From Cyanidioschyzon merolae (Eukaryota): DNA of 64,000 bases. The notes beneath the pieces were generated by a model, which worked only from the letters and a program-made list of their open reading frames with translations, was not told the origin of the DNA and did not search any database. Position numbers and translations under genes: made by a program. Positions within the stretch are counted from its first letter, which is position 1, and every line of letters begins with the position of its first letter. The stretch is from NCBI GenBank assembly GCA_000091205.1, contig AP006502.2. One strand, given 5' to 3'. Of this stretch, positions 12,143 to 24,249 are shown one piece after another.

Positions 12143-12644
12143 ATCTTGACTGTAAATCACCGCCATGCATGCATGTTTGCATGAATCCATGCTTCCATAA
12201 CGTACGTCATGGTCGATCACCGCACTGTCACAGCGATCACTGGCTATCAAGGAACACATGCACACGACTCCACGAATGCTCCGACTGGGCAGGATGATCC
12301 GCCGTCCGCCAGAGACGACGCACACCGCCCAGCGCCTGAGGATGTACTCGCGGAGACGCCGCGACACCCGAACACCCACTAAAATAGCCCCGGCGATCGA
12401 ATCACGCCTCCAGCGACCGCTGCAGTGCATGCAGCGTTGTAGCAACCGGGCACCGGGTGCTCGAGAAACACGAGGCCGCTCGATCGCTCCTAGCCTCGAT
12501 GACCAACGGTAGCGAGTAAGCAGCCGAGGGAGCGCTCAAACTTCTACGGATCAACAGTTATCTGCTGCAGAGTTATCGGGAGTCCATACTTGACCAAACC
12601 AACACGGTTCGACGCGCACCTGTTTTCCTCGGCAGGATAAGCGC

Positions 12645-14134
12645 ATGTCTGCATGCGGATGCACCACTCTGCGCACCAGAGAACAGGGTGCCGGATCGAA
12701 TCGCCTGCAGCGCCGCAGATGCACCACACGAAGAAGTCGTGACCCGCCGGCGCGGTACGAGCGCACTACGCGCAGCATTCGAGCAGCGCTGTTGTGCACC
12801 AGCGTTGACGACTGCCAGAACACTCTTCCGGAAAACCTATTCCACAATCAGAACACGAGGCAGTCGCTTAAAATAATGCTTACTTTCGAAGCGTTTGTAG
12901 CGGGTGCTATCTGGGATATTGAGCGCAATGGCTCGTGGCTGGCACCGCGCTGGCGCCGGTCAAGCGTGAAGCGTCGGGCGCCGTTGGGGCAGCGCCCGCC
13001 CGTGAGCGGAACCCGGAACTTGGCGGGAAAAGAGCCAAGCGGACCAGCACGGTCGGAGGGTCCTTTCTTTACCTCCAAATGGGGACGCTCCGAGAGCAGT
13101 CAAGCGGGATCTCAGGCCGGTGCAGGTCGCCAAAAGTTCTTGAACAAGAGCGAGCGCGTTCCCGAGCCGCTCGAAGACCCACTGTTCGAGTCACTGCTGG
13201 GACCGGAGCCCGCTGAGAAGCGCAGCAAACACAAGTCTTCAAAGAAACAGTCCGTAGACAGGCTGGTGCGAGGAAAGCAAAAGTACTTTTTCGAAGGCGC
13301 AGTATCTGAGACGGAAGCGTACAACATGTTTGCGAACTTGCTAGAGAGCGAGTCGCTCACGCAATATGCTGCCCGTGCAGAGGTCGAATGGTTCGATGCG
13401 AAGCGCCTTGAGGCAGCGTCTAAGAATAGGCGTGGATTCCCCTCCGTTGGCGAGATCCAGGACCTCCTGTACGATGAACTCATCGACACCGACGGCAAAC
13501 GGTGGCGCGAGACCGTTGTGCCATCGGACAATCGCGTGCTCCTTGTCTTGTTTCAGGTTTCCCCGATTGACGTGGAATTTCCCAGATACTTGGAACATTT
13601 TCACGCTGCGTTAAATCTGACGCCAACGGATGCTATCCATTTGATCGCGGTTTCGCGGGAGAAGCCATCAACGAATCGCAAAACGATGCGCAAGCTGAAC
13701 TTACGCTTTCCGCTTTTGAGCGATGAGCAGGGTGCACTTGGTGCGCTTTTTGGGACAGGAAATAAGCCCCATATGTTGATTTTCTATCGAGAGAAAACGC
13801 CGAGCGGCATCGAGGGTTGGTTCTTCGATCGCTGTGCGCGCGCCGAACTACCCAGCAAACTTTTGGAGAACACCGTTGACTATGCCCGCAAGCTAGTTGC
13901 CCAACGATTGCAGGCGAGCATGCGGGCAAAGCAGAATCCGACGAGCACCGGCGCCAGAGCGGCTGGCACTGATTCCGTTGCGAACACAGGAATGCAACCG
14001 GTGCCGCCGGGACCAGGTGCGTCACGCTCGCCGCAGGCCGCTGGTGCCCAGGCGACGTCCACGTCGACCGCGGGTGCCGCAGCACCAGAGCGCAGGATCG
14101 GACAGAATCCTCCGGCAGCAGGGCGCACTGAACT

Positions 14135-14165
<31 letters not shown>

Positions 14166-14618
14166 AGCGGTGCCTCTGCATCGACACCAACCGCTGCCGA
14201 GAGACTCTCTGCGGCATCGAAAGCGGTACCGCTGGCAGATCGAACGTCTTCGACACCCGCAGCAGCGGGTCGCGGCACCGTATCAAAAAACGAGGCCAGG
14301 GCGCGGCTCGTGCTTAATCACTCAACACACTTGGAAGGCCTCATTAGCGTTTTAGAGCGGCTGGCGGTCTATGAAAGCATTCGCAAAATCGTTCCAGGAA
14401 GACTTTACACGGCACGGAGCAATGCAGAGCGCTTGAGCATTCGCGTCACCGTGCCTGTCGCTGGAGGTTGGAAGCTTGTCGCTCGCAAGGGAACGCAAGT
14501 TCAGGATGTGTTCGTTACCCTGGAAAGTCCCTCAAGCGCGTATGCAGTGGCCCACCAGAGATCCATTTTATCAAAGGAGCAATTGCAGCGACTCGTCGAC
14601 GAGGCCATTGCGGCCTGA
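12645..14618 (+). CDS. Hypothetical protein with a thioredoxin-fold (AhpC/TSA-like) domain that lacks the peroxidatic Cys, plus a poly-Q tract. The likely true start is the ATG at 12876.
   Basis: The segment ..VLLVLFQVSPIDVEF..LNLRFPLLSDEQGALGALFG..KPHMLIFY.. resembles a peroxiredoxin/BCP fold but has no T/SxxC. A (CAG)9CAA run encodes Q10. The N-terminal 77 codons are R-rich and probably non-coding. Confidence 0.5.
14136..14165 (+). repeat. (CAG)9-CAA trinucleotide repeat encoding poly-Q inside the CDS 12645..14618.
   Basis: Direct reading of the sequence. Confidence 0.9.
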
Positions 14619-15000
14619 CCTCAAAGACCCGCGACACGCAATTTCTGAGCAGTCTCTAGCCAGCAAAGTTCCGATGACTACCGTGAAGGCTGGGCCAAAT
14701 TTGCCGACTATCGAATTTGGCTCGCAAATGGCGGCTCTTGTGCGTCGCTGATGCGTAAAACACAGAACGCTGGGGCTCTGTGGCTGGCTCTGGTGCAGGC
14801 TCATCCCGCGGAGGGATTTGGGCGTCTTCCACATGTCCACGAGTTCAGCAACGTAGCGTCCACCAGGACAAGTGCCCAGAACGCAATTCGTCATACTGCG
14901 TATGGTCGACGCTTGCGTATGCTGCCGTGGCTGCCAGGGCCCTCGAACGCCTCCTCTGCCGTCAACAGCGTTCCGTGTACACAAAAAAGCGGTTCGCGTG

Positions 15001-15022
15001 ACACACACACACACACACACAC
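15001..15022. repeat. (AC)11 dinucleotide microsatellite in an intergenic region.
   Basis: acacacacacacacacacacac is read directly. Confidence 0.95.
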
Positions 15023-16612
15023 GACTCGCTCGAGAGCGGCACGTTAGCCTCAGCCCTCAGGTCTCCATGTCCTTTTGTAGACGCTTGCAAGCGAGAGCCT
15101 ATCAGTCATCTCAGAATAAAATGGAACGGCCTCTCGAACTCGGGCGTACACTCCAATGTTTGGATGTTGTCCCGTGATTTTCAACACCAGCTTTTGCGGG
15201 ATTTTCTTTTCTGTGACCGCTTCCGTTTCGTATCTCTTACTTCCGGCTTTCAAGATGCGGGTCACTCCTGTCCCTCGAGCTCCACTGGAAACAGTCGGGG
15301 GATATTGATGGCAGCTTTTTCGTCCCGATTTGGCCGCCTCCAGCACTTGTCGACGCAGTTGACGTTCAGGTGAAAGTTGCGATCCTCGATTCGCTTGCGA
15401 TTCCCATCTTTATTGGAAGTAGTTATGGTGCGCCCTTCACAAAGCAAATGATTGGCCGTTGTTCGGTGTTCCCCTGGATCCACTGGACCTCATCGACCGA
15501 GCGCCATCGTGCGGCTCGTGAAATCCTGCCTCAGCGCTCGGCACCGGCCCATGACGGGTACAGTACGCTGCACTCGATGTCATCGCCTGTTTCCGCGCCC
15601 GATACCGTACCCTTCCATCACGTAGTTCCGCTGAGCGATTCTCTGAAACAGTACGTTGTCTGCCGTACAAGCAAACGCGCTTTGTTCCATTTGATAGAGG
15701 ATTTATGGAATACGATGTTGTCTATGATGAAATAAAATGCGGGAAGGACGATCCACGCTGAGGAACATCTCGAACAATGGCGATCCGGTCTACGCTTCCT
15801 TCATGAAAAGTGATGTCGTATGCTCCATTGGTATCGATTGCTGCGATGACGCAAGTGCTAGTCCGAGACACCTTTCCATGCAAATAGGAGAAACACGAAC
15901 ATATTCGAGAATATCTAGTAAGATGTATCATGGTGGTGCTGCCGAAAACAATGTCTTCGATGCTCGCACCGGGAAGACCGTTTGTCTTTCGAATGGGAGA
16001 GATTATTTGGCGCGACAAGTTCACCGAGATCCCCGCACAAGCGTATAACCAAGTCGTCCAGGGACGGTTTCAAGTGTCTTCCGTCGTCAATTGAGCGACA
16101 CGGCTAGCTGCGCCCACGAGTTACCTTGAAAAACCAAGATGGAAAACTTGAAGAACGGATGATTCTAGGCATGCATTAGATGATGATATCGATATTTTAC
16201 GAAACCTTGTGCGAGGCCGTCATGAACCAGTTGGATTCGGGTCACGTCACGAATTCCAGCGGCAGGGCGTCGAACGTGCCACATCCCGAAACACAACCGT
16301 GGATCCCGCATCGACTTTTGAACCCGATAAACCTCTTCGCATTACTAGGAATGCTGAGGTCTTACATTTAGAAGAACTCGGGAACAATCGCAAGCTAGAA
16401 CAGAGCGAGTCGTTCAGTGCTATTTTCTATGAAGGTGACGCGGGTGTCGAGCGCCCGGACGCGCAGCCCCTGGTGCGACCATACCAACTGTTCCGCTCCC
16501 GCTGCACAGATACGCGTTTCCGCTTCTAAAATAGGTCTAGGAAGCTGCCGCGGGACGGGAACGCTTTTCGTCGTTCCCAAACCCGGCTGGGTCCGCCGGC
16601 TCGGTACACAGC

Positions 16613-17983
16613 ATGTCCAAAAAAACAAGTGACGACCAACGCCAAACAGTCAGCAAGTCAAGAGCTGTGGCTTTCATTCACCCGGATCTCGGGCTCGGTG
16701 GAGCCGAGCGTCTCGTCGTGGACACAGCGCTTGAACTACGCGCGCGACACCATACCGTCGTCCTGTACACGCTGCATCTGGACCCTCAGCGCTGCTTTTC
16801 TCATGTTCTAGATGGTTCTTGTGGGAAAGTGGTTTGTGTAGAGAACCGTGTGATACGTTTCATTAGACGTTTCGTCTGGGGACACGCGTTGCGCGCTGCG
16901 CTCTCCTGCGCAGTGCTGGCGGCAAGCGTGCCGCTCGACTATGATGTCGTCTTCGTGGACCTGGTTGCAATACCGCTCATGATTCTATGGTGGAAGAGGT
17001 TCCTGCAAAGGATCAGCTTGCACTGGAAAACGAGTCGGTACCTGGAAGCCGACGCCGCACGAAGATCCCGTCCTCGACCGCTTCTCGTGTACTATTGCCA
17101 TTTTCCCGATCGTCTGCTGGCACCTGGTGCCTCTTTCGAAAGCGTACCCACTGGCGTTGGTCCACCCAAACAATCGGAGACCTGGTGGCGACGCTGGCTG
17201 CGCAGTCTCTATCGCAGCGTTGTGGACAGCCTAGAAGCCTGCAGCATCGCGCACGCAGATAGGATCCTGGTGAATAGTCAGTTTACAAGTCGAGTCGTCG
17301 AGAGAACGTTTCCTCGAGCAACTCGGAGCCGAAAGCCGTGCGTCTTGTATCCGCCAGTACCTGCATCGCCGGCGGATGTGAGCGAACCCCGCATACCCGA
17401 CATGGTTCCCAAGCGCCCGTTCCTTCTCTGCATCAGTCGCTTTGAACGGAAGAAAAGGATGGAACTGGCGGTCCACGCACTCGCTCTACTCTATCAGGAT
17501 ACACGAGTGCGTGAAAGGCGGGTAATGCTAGTGATTGCCGGCGGCTATGACGAACGATTGACTGAGAACGTCGAATACCATGCAGATTTGCAAAAGCTTG
17601 CCGAAAAACTCGGCATCACGGAGGCGGTGATTTTCGCTCCCAACGTCAGTGATGCGGCTCGTGACGCCCTACTTTCACGCTGCGTGGCGTTGGTGTACAC
17701 GCCATCCTTTGAGCATTTCGGTATCGTGCCCTTAGAAGCGATGCGAGCGGGGAAGCCGGTCGTCGCCTGTAACAGCGGTGGTCCACGGGAAACCGTTGTC
17801 CACGAGGTGACGGGGCTGTTGTGCGACGAGCCGGTCACCCCAGAGGCGTTCTCACAAGCGCTCAAATCGCTTGTGATGGACGAGGAAAAGCGGCAACGGC
17901 TTGGTCAGAATGCACGGGAGCGCGCAGTGCAATGTTTCTCCCGTAAGGTCTTCGGAGATCAACTCGTCTCTCTTCTCGGTTGA
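16613..17983 (+). CDS. ALG2: ALG2-like alpha-1,3/1,6-mannosyltransferase (GT4 family).
   Basis: A GT4 N-domain (AFIHPDLGLGGAERLVVDTA) is present. The C-terminal E-x7-E region is FEHFGIVPLEAMRAGKPVVACNSGGPRETV. Overall length and layout match ALG2. Confidence 0.85.
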   Translation: MSKKTSDDQRQTVSKSRAVAFIHPDLGLGGAERLVVDTALELRARHHTVVLYTLHLDPQRCFSHVLDGSCGKVVCVENRVIRFIRRFVWGHALRAALSCAVLAASVPLDYDVVFVDLVAIPLMILWWKRFLQRISLHWKTSRYLEADAARRSRPRPLLVYYCHFPDRLLAPGASFESVPTGVGPPKQSETWWRRWLRSLYRSVVDSLEACSIAHADRILVNSQFTSRVVERTFPRATRSRKPCVLYPPVPASPADVSEPRIPDMVPKRPFLLCISRFERKKRMELAVHALALLYQDTRVRERRVMLVIAGGYDERLTENVEYHADLQKLAEKLGITEAVIFAPNVSDAARDALLSRCVALVYTPSFEHFGIVPLEAMRAGKPVVACNSGGPRETVVHEVTGLLCDEPVTPEAFSQALKSLVMDEEKRQRLGQNARERAVQCFSRKVFGDQLVSLLG

Positions 17984-19121
17984 GGATGCCATCGGAAGCC
18001 AGCAACGGGCGACGAGGCCGTGGCATTCGCAGCGCGCGCACTTGTCGTCTTGCGATTCCGCGTGCGGGCGTCAGAGTCGCGAATGCGCATGCGCGAGAGA
18101 GTACGCATCCGCCGCGCGCGCGTAGCACTTGACCGCGTGCCAGCCGCATCGCCATGCTTCATGGATCGAAGTGGCACCCAGAGCGGATGCTTTCGGGCAC
18201 CTTACGCTCGCGCCTGGATCCGTGCATAACTGGCGTCGTCATTCCCGCGTTAAACCGTGCCAACACGCTGGCAACTCCACCGGGTTTACCGATTCCAGAA
18301 ACACAAACCAGGAAGGAGCTCGCCAGCGAAATCCTTCCGCGTCCGAAAAGAAAACCGAACCCATTGGTAGCCGCCCCTGAACCTGGTGCATATCACGTGG
18401 ATACCGACCATGAACATGCGTTTCGCCGCGGCGCTGGCGAAGATGCGGCGCGCGGGTCCATGGCGTCGAATGATCGCGCACGCACAGGTCGATGGATAGA
18501 CTGGGACACGTGTCCACGGATGGGCGTTCCCGCGAAGCAGTCGTTCCGCGTACGCACCTGAGGGCCATTCGTGGACCGGTAGCCGGCGTTCCGTGTGCCG
18601 GAATCGTACGCGCTTCCATGTATGTACGTTTTGTGTCCTATCGCCGCGGCGATGCTCAGCTGCGTTTCCTGAATGGGCGTTACCCGGGCCGGATCTCTTT
18701 TTCCGGTGCTGTGCTGGGAGCCGTTTCGCCAGGAACCTTCCGCGACCTTGCTCGATTGGCTTGATAATTATCGAAGCATATCATCGGCCGCAGGGAAACA
18801 TGACTGCATGCGTGATGGCGTCGAATGCTAGCGCCGTGCGGAAGCCGCGCATACCGGGGTACACGAGCCCCGGGGCCGATATCGACGCCATGCCGGCAGC
18901 AGCGCAGGTAGCGTAGGCTGCGTTTTCGCTCGAGGAGACCGCTTCCAGAGCCGGTTCATGGAATGCCTGGGGCGATCGACTTATTCGTTTTCAGTCTTAT
19001 GGACTCGATTGGGACCGAATACCTCGACTTGAATCCGGAGAACGTTGCACCACCGTGTGCTTGCGTACCAGCGCGATCTGAGACACGTACGAGCGACAAA
19101 CCTGCGTCTCGAAGGACCGCA

Positions 19122-20423
19122 CTAGTCTTGGTCCCAGTCAGGTCGCTCCCAGAAATAGCGTGGTGAAGCATCCGTCTTGGCGGTGAGCACCTCCACGCCC
19201 GCGTTCGTTACCAGCAGCGTTTCCTCGAACTGGGCAGAGCGTCCGCCATCGCTCGTTACTGCTGTCCACTGGTCCGGCCAGAGAACGTCACGTGCACTGC
19301 CCTGACAAATCATCGGCTCAATGGTGAACGTATTCCCGGCCCGGGCCACACCAGGAGTTTTGTTTTTCCGGTAGTGGGGAATATTCGGAGCCGCATGGAA
19401 TAGCCGATGGATGCCGTGGCCACAATACGTTCGTACAACATTGTGCCCCAGTTTCTGCGCTTGCTCCTCAACCGCTGCCCCAATATCCCGGAAAGCTAGG
19501 CCCGGTTTCACGATGCGAATACCAGCTTGCAGACAGTCGTATGCGTTTTTGACCAAAATTCGAGAGGCTCGGTCAACATGGCCCACCAGAAACGTCTCAT
19601 TCAGGTCACCGTGGAAGCCGTCCACATAAAGCGTCACATCAATGTTGACAATATCTCCATCTTCTAGAGGCCTACAGTCCGGGATCCCGTGGCATATGAC
19701 TTCGTTCACGGAAGTGCAACACGACTTGGGAAAGCCGTAGTAGTTCAGCGGCGACGGGTACGCACCGCGAGCGATGCACGCCTCGTGAACGACTGCATCG
19801 AGCTCGTCCGTGGTTACGCCAACGTCAACAGCCTTGCCCGCAAGATCGAGCACCTCACGCGCAAGTCTGCACGCTCGACGCATACCCTCGATCTCGTGCG
19901 GACGCAGACACGGTATCTGGTTGGAACGCTTCGCCGCCTCCTCCGCGGCCGATACCCCGGTCTCTGCGTAGTCCGGCCGCGGAATCGTCGGCGGTACCGC
20001 TCGCTGAGGCGTTACTTTCCAGGGTCGCAGTGGGCCGGTGTACCCTGCGTAGCCGTGAAAACAGGGCGGAGGGTCCGCCGCGCTATCGTTCACCTCGTTT
20101 ACCGTTGCAGTGTGGTTACGCTGCAAGCTTCTCGCAAGCAACGCCAGGTGCAGGCGCTGGTGCAACGGCCACGTTCGGTTGAAACAAGCAACCGAGCAGA
20201 AAAACGCAGGAGGACCCTTGAACCCCAGTCGAGTACACACCGGGCAGCGGTACCTACCCAGGTGTTTACAGGCGGCGGCGGCACAGTGGCGCTCTTGACA
20301 AGCGTCCGCTGGACACTTCTCGAGCTGCACCGGTGCGGCTGCGTTCAGCGACTCGTCGGTGGTTTGTGGTGTACCCCACTTTGACGGAGCATCGAGAGCG
20401 CCATTCTTGCTCTTGGAGCTCAT
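19122..20423 (-). CDS. METAP1: Methionine aminopeptidase type 1 with an N-terminal C6H2/MYND-like zinc finger.
   Basis: Zn-finger cysteines lie in ..CPADACQERHC..CPVCTRLGF..CSVACF..H..H. Pita-bread metal ligands are in ..DGDIVNIDVTLYVDGFHGDLNETF..HGIHRLFH..FTIEPM..EETLLVT. Confidence 0.9.
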   Translation of the reverse strand: MSSKSKNGALDAPSKWGTPQTTDESLNAAAPVQLEKCPADACQERHCAAAACKHLGRYRCPVCTRLGFKGPPAFFCSVACFNRTWPLHQRLHLALLARSLQRNHTATVNEVNDSAADPPPCFHGYAGYTGPLRPWKVTPQRAVPPTIPRPDYAETGVSAAEEAAKRSNQIPCLRPHEIEGMRRACRLAREVLDLAGKAVDVGVTTDELDAVVHEACIARGAYPSPLNYYGFPKSCCTSVNEVICHGIPDCRPLEDGDIVNIDVTLYVDGFHGDLNETFLVGHVDRASRILVKNAYDCLQAGIRIVKPGLAFRDIGAAVEEQAQKLGHNVVRTYCGHGIHRLFHAAPNIPHYRKNKTPGVARAGNTFTIEPMICQGSARDVLWPDQWTAVTSDGGRSAQFEETLLVTNAGVEVLTAKTDASPRYFWERPDWDQD

Positions 20424-20886
20424 GCCTCTACACTAGACCAGGTCTGGTCTCTGGTACAGCCACAGCACTGGCCTCGGGGCGCTCGTACCGAAAGGGGGCA
20501 AGCACAGCATCCCCACCGACCGGCGTTCTGGATCGTGGAGACGCAGGGCGGCGCGCCGTTCTCTTTCGTTCTCTGTATATCGAGACGATACCAGGGGCAT
20601 CCGGCAGCTCGCTGGAGCTCACCTGTATGTTATACCGAACCGGACGCAGCGGTTGAGCTGATGCGTCGTTCCGTGTCACTAGTTGCAGTCGCGCGCCTGT
20701 TACGTGTTGGCTAGGTCTCTCACTTCCCGTCGCATAAAGAGTAACGGGCGGAGCGCTTCCTCCAGCGTGGGTTGTTCAAGGTCAGGCGCTCGCTATTTTG
20801 ATGCTGGCTGACTACTGGCTTGTGAAGCGGTCTCGTAGACGTGTGGCAGGACGCCCGCAGTGAGCAACTGGTAAGCGTCTGCTCCT

Positions 20887-22488
20887 GTGGGAACAGAGAC
20901 TGTTCGCGCTGCTACCATGCGTGACCAGCAGCAGCTTGCTGGACGTCCGCGAAAACGTCGTTTCAGTGCTGTGAATCATCTAGATGCAGACTCCGGTGTG
21001 GGATCAACTGGAACTAATGCGGCTGCCGGTAGTCAGGTTTCTTCATTTTTGACCGCACTCGCTGGAAAGCGTCACACCGCTGATACCGAGCGCTCAACTG
21101 GAAACCAGTTGGCTGCCGCTGGCCAGGTTGCCTCCTTTTTGACTGTGTTAGCTGGCAAGCGAACCAGCGCTGATGCTCCGTCTTCATTCTCTGCTCATGG
21201 AAGAACGACCAGTGCGTCGCAAACAGCAGTTGCCAGGGAGAACCCTTATGTTAGTGAGCCGCTGTTACAGGCACTCAGAGAAAGCGGCCTAGCGGATAAA
21301 CGCCGGCAGCTACACGAGTATGTGCCAGGTTCGTGGATTCGATGGGCGCATCATCTGCGTCTCCAGCGGCAAAACGAGATCGAATGGGAGAAATGGTTGC
21401 GATATGGTATGAATGTCACGAGTCTCGCAGTGAGCGAAGCAAGAGCACCGCACTACTTGGTTGCTGAGACGATGCTCCCGTCCAGGAGTAGTCACGAGAC
21501 GCAACTGGAACCATGGGATGAACTCTTGGTTGCTACCTCTTCAACAGCTTGCTCCTATGCGGAGGCGCTGAAAATGGCGACGCTCTTCGATCCGACACAG
21601 GAGGCGTTTCGCCGGCCTTTTGACGCCACGTCCCTTGCCAGGTTCATTCAGGCGCCACCATATCCAAATTGTATGAGCATCGACTTGACGCTGCCAGAGG
21701 AGCGACGACGCATTCGGCGCGCAAGAAGGCTCCAGAAACGACAGGAAATGGAGCATCTGAGACGCGCTGGCGCTGCTCCGCCGCCACTTGCTCACCGACG
21801 AGCCTTCCACGGGGTGCTAGCGGCCCTGGAAGCGCGACAGACGCGAGCTGGCGCCGCCTACGGGGCCTTGGCCACAGACCAACTGCGTCAGGTTGCGCAA
21901 GCGATGGTAACAGAGCGCATGCGCCAGCATGAGGCACGGAACGAAGCGAACAAACGTTCCGCCGCAGAGCGTGCGCTTGCGCGGAAACAGAAGCTAGAGC
22001 GAGACCGTCAAAGAGGCCTCGTCACGAAAGTGTACGCGCTCTGGACAAAAGGTATGACGAGTCCGAACGTGCGGCGCTTGCTTTTCCAGCTGTCAGCAGC
22101 TGCGGAGCGAATTGGTGTGAACGGTTTTATTCTGGAATGGCGGGAACGTTTCTTCAAGCACTGGGCAGGTGGCCTTCGATTTGCGGTCTTCATCGCCATC
22201 CAGGGTGGTGAAACCGCGACTCGCCAATGGGATGCTCTCCTCGAGCGACGGATGTCTCATACGGAAGATCGACTGCTTCTCGATCGTGTATGGCAAAGCA
22301 CCTGGATCAGGGTTCTAGCAGGCGCCGCCCCAGTGACACTGCGGGGTGTGTCCTCGGAGGACAGCGCCCGGATGCTCACATTCGAGGCGCAAGTCGCTGA
22401 ACTGTATGATATTGCACGCGCACGTTTCCTCTTGCATGTCGCAAAAGACACCTCTACGCCAGAGCGGAATGAGCATGATCTGTTTTAG
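20887..22488 (+). CDS. Hypothetical charged coiled-coil protein carrying an internal ~30-aa tandem duplication.
   Basis: It is a long ORF. The duplication AAGSQVSSFLTALAGKRHTAD / AAGQVASFLTVLAGKRTSAD lies at about 21019-21180. The ORF ends with TAG. Confidence 0.5.
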   Translation: MGTETVRAATMRDQQQLAGRPRKRRFSAVNHLDADSGVGSTGTNAAAGSQVSSFLTALAGKRHTADTERSTGNQLAAAGQVASFLTVLAGKRTSADAPSSFSAHGRTTSASQTAVARENPYVSEPLLQALRESGLADKRRQLHEYVPGSWIRWAHHLRLQRQNEIEWEKWLRYGMNVTSLAVSEARAPHYLVAETMLPSRSSHETQLEPWDELLVATSSTACSYAEALKMATLFDPTQEAFRRPFDATSLARFIQAPPYPNCMSIDLTLPEERRRIRRARRLQKRQEMEHLRRAGAAPPPLAHRRAFHGVLAALEARQTRAGAAYGALATDQLRQVAQAMVTERMRQHEARNEANKRSAAERALARKQKLERDRQRGLVTKVYALWTKGMTSPNVRRLLFQLSAAAERIGVNGFILEWRERFFKHWAGGLRFAVFIAIQGGETATRQWDALLERRMSHTEDRLLLDRVWQSTWIRVLAGAAPVTLRGVSSEDSARMLTFEAQVAELYDIARARFLLHVAKDTSTPERNEHDLF

Positions 22489-22959
22489 TGAGGCACAGCA
22501 CAAAGTACCAAACGCTCTCCGCAAAAGATACCACTGCAATCGATTGGAAAGAGTATGTCCTGTTAGGGTGAAGCGGGCACGACAGGAAACGCTTCCCCAG
22601 CGTTTCCTCTTCCCAGGGAGCATGTGATCCAGGTTTTCGCCTACGGACATCTATCCTACTCGAATTCCAGACGTTTCTTTTGCATGCGACAACTCCAGTG
22701 CCGCGTTAAGCGGGTATTACATGATTCGCGAGGCGCTTAGAGCACGTCCAGAAGACGCGAGGCAGGCGTCCCATCTACGTGCATCCAGATCGAGGGAATG
22801 CGTCCGAAGTTGCCCCTGGCGAAGAAAAGCTCTCGTCACCTGTGTGTCCATAAACACACGACGCTAGGCCGCAGTGTTTTTGCTGCCGTTTGGAATCCTG
22901 TTGGTACAGGTCTATCGTTGAAGTCTTCATCGATGCGCTGCAGATGCGGAAGCAGCCTA

Positions 22960-24249
22960 CTAAATTTCTTCAACGAGACGCCGTTCATGGCGCTGATTCT
23001 CAACGGATCCACCGAGCGGCACCCGGAGAGAGAGCGTCGTCGGTGCAGAGGCGGCCCGCAGAGGTACGAGGGTCCCATCCAGACGAAGCCGAAGCAACAC
23101 CGTTTCCGAACAAGTTGGAGTACCAGCTTGGAATACACCTTCCTCTACTGCGTGAATTGAAAGCGAGTCCCCGGAAACACCTGGAGAAACGTACCGAAGC
23201 AAACCTCGATGAAACGCGGTCCGATGCCCGTCGAGGCATCGGCGGTATGCTGGTTCCCAGCGAAGGCGCCAGCCCCAATGGGTGCCTATGGCTCGAAGCA
23301 CAGCACTTTCGAGCGTTTCAACTACCGGTTGCCATGATCGATATGCTGTTCGTAAACAGGCTGGCAGGCGTACATCGAGCACGTCAACGAGCTCGGTGGC
23401 GGCGGGAGCAGGCACCGAGGCCTCAACGCCGCGAGCCCCCACACGGTCAAGCGGAAAGCTTCTTCGCTGGATGCGAGCTACCAACACTGTATCTGCAGTG
23501 CCGACGAGGTTTCCGTTTGCTGTCAATTGCAGATCAGCATAGGACGGATGGACCAGCTCCGAGTCCGGAGAGAAGCGCCAATGGATGTAGACTTGTTGAT
23601 CGAACTCCCGGCTCGTCATCGTACACGCTGCATTTCCCAGTGATACTAGGTCCATCTGCTGCTCCAGGTCTCTTTGCAGGACCCGGAGCCAGTGCAGGAC
23701 GCTGTAGCGCTGCCTCAACGAAAGTACAGTCTGCACGAGAGTATCGGGAACGGAGCTCGAGGTGGGTGTGGCGCTTTCCTCGCCAGGGGGCTCGGTATGT
23801 TTGCGCGACAACGCCTCGACCTGGTCCAGAGCAAGCAGGCGCCGCCACCGCTGACTTGACACGGTTTGCGCGGTACCCCGTATTCGAAGCAAACGCAAGA
23901 GGTCTGCCTTGACGTCCAGGATTCCAAGAGCCTCGCTTTCGTTTGCGGCTATTCTTTCCAGTTCCCGTTCGAATGCTTCCGGGTCCAGTTCGAAGAGTTC
24001 GAGAGCCACTGTGGCCACAGCGCCGAGCTCATGCTTTAGATCTTCAAGGATTGCTCTCAGGAGTGCAGCTGGAACAAGAGGTGCGGGGGTTACCTCCGAT
24101 TTCGACGTCGGCAGCCGTGCGTCGCCTTGGAGGCGCTCCGCAAAACATAGCACCGTGCACAGGACGACATACCGAAGCAGCGTGCCTTGGCTAGCGCGTG
24201 CTTCCACGCTGGCGGTACTCTCCGCGGCATACCCTCCCGTGGTGTCCAT
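22960..24249 (-). CDS. Hypothetical protein (429 aa), leucine-rich and helical.
   Basis: Its composition is balanced. The overlapping plus-strand ORF 22890..23912 is R/P/A-rich, which is typical of spurious antisense ORFs in GC-rich DNA. Confidence 0.4.
   Translation of the reverse strand: MDTTGGYAAESTASVEARASQGTLLRYVVLCTVLCFAERLQGDARLPTSKSEVTPAPLVPAALLRAILEDLKHELGAVATVALELFELDPEAFERELERIAANESEALGILDVKADLLRLLRIRGTAQTVSSQRWRRLLALDQVEALSRKHTEPPGEESATPTSSSVPDTLVQTVLSLRQRYSVLHWLRVLQRDLEQQMDLVSLGNAACTMTSREFDQQVYIHWRFSPDSELVHPSYADLQLTANGNLVGTADTVLVARIQRRSFPLDRVGARGVEASVPAPAATELVDVLDVRLPACLRTAYRSWQPVVETLESAVLRAIGTHWGWRLRWEPAYRRCLDGHRTAFHRGLLRYVSPGVSGDSLSIHAVEEGVFQAGTPTCSETVLLRLRLDGTLVPLRAASAPTTLSLRVPLGGSVENQRHERRLVEEI

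Noticed and set aside
13633-14286. Minus-strand 217-aa ORF with a poly-Ala run, antisense to the poly-Q gene.
   Set aside because: It is the mirror image of the CAG repeat region (CTG/GCA frames) and therefore spurious.
22890-23912. Plus-strand ORF of 340 aa overlapping the minus-strand gene 22960..24249.
   Set aside because: Its composition is R/P/A-rich and low in complexity, typical of spurious antisense ORFs in GC-rich coding DNA.
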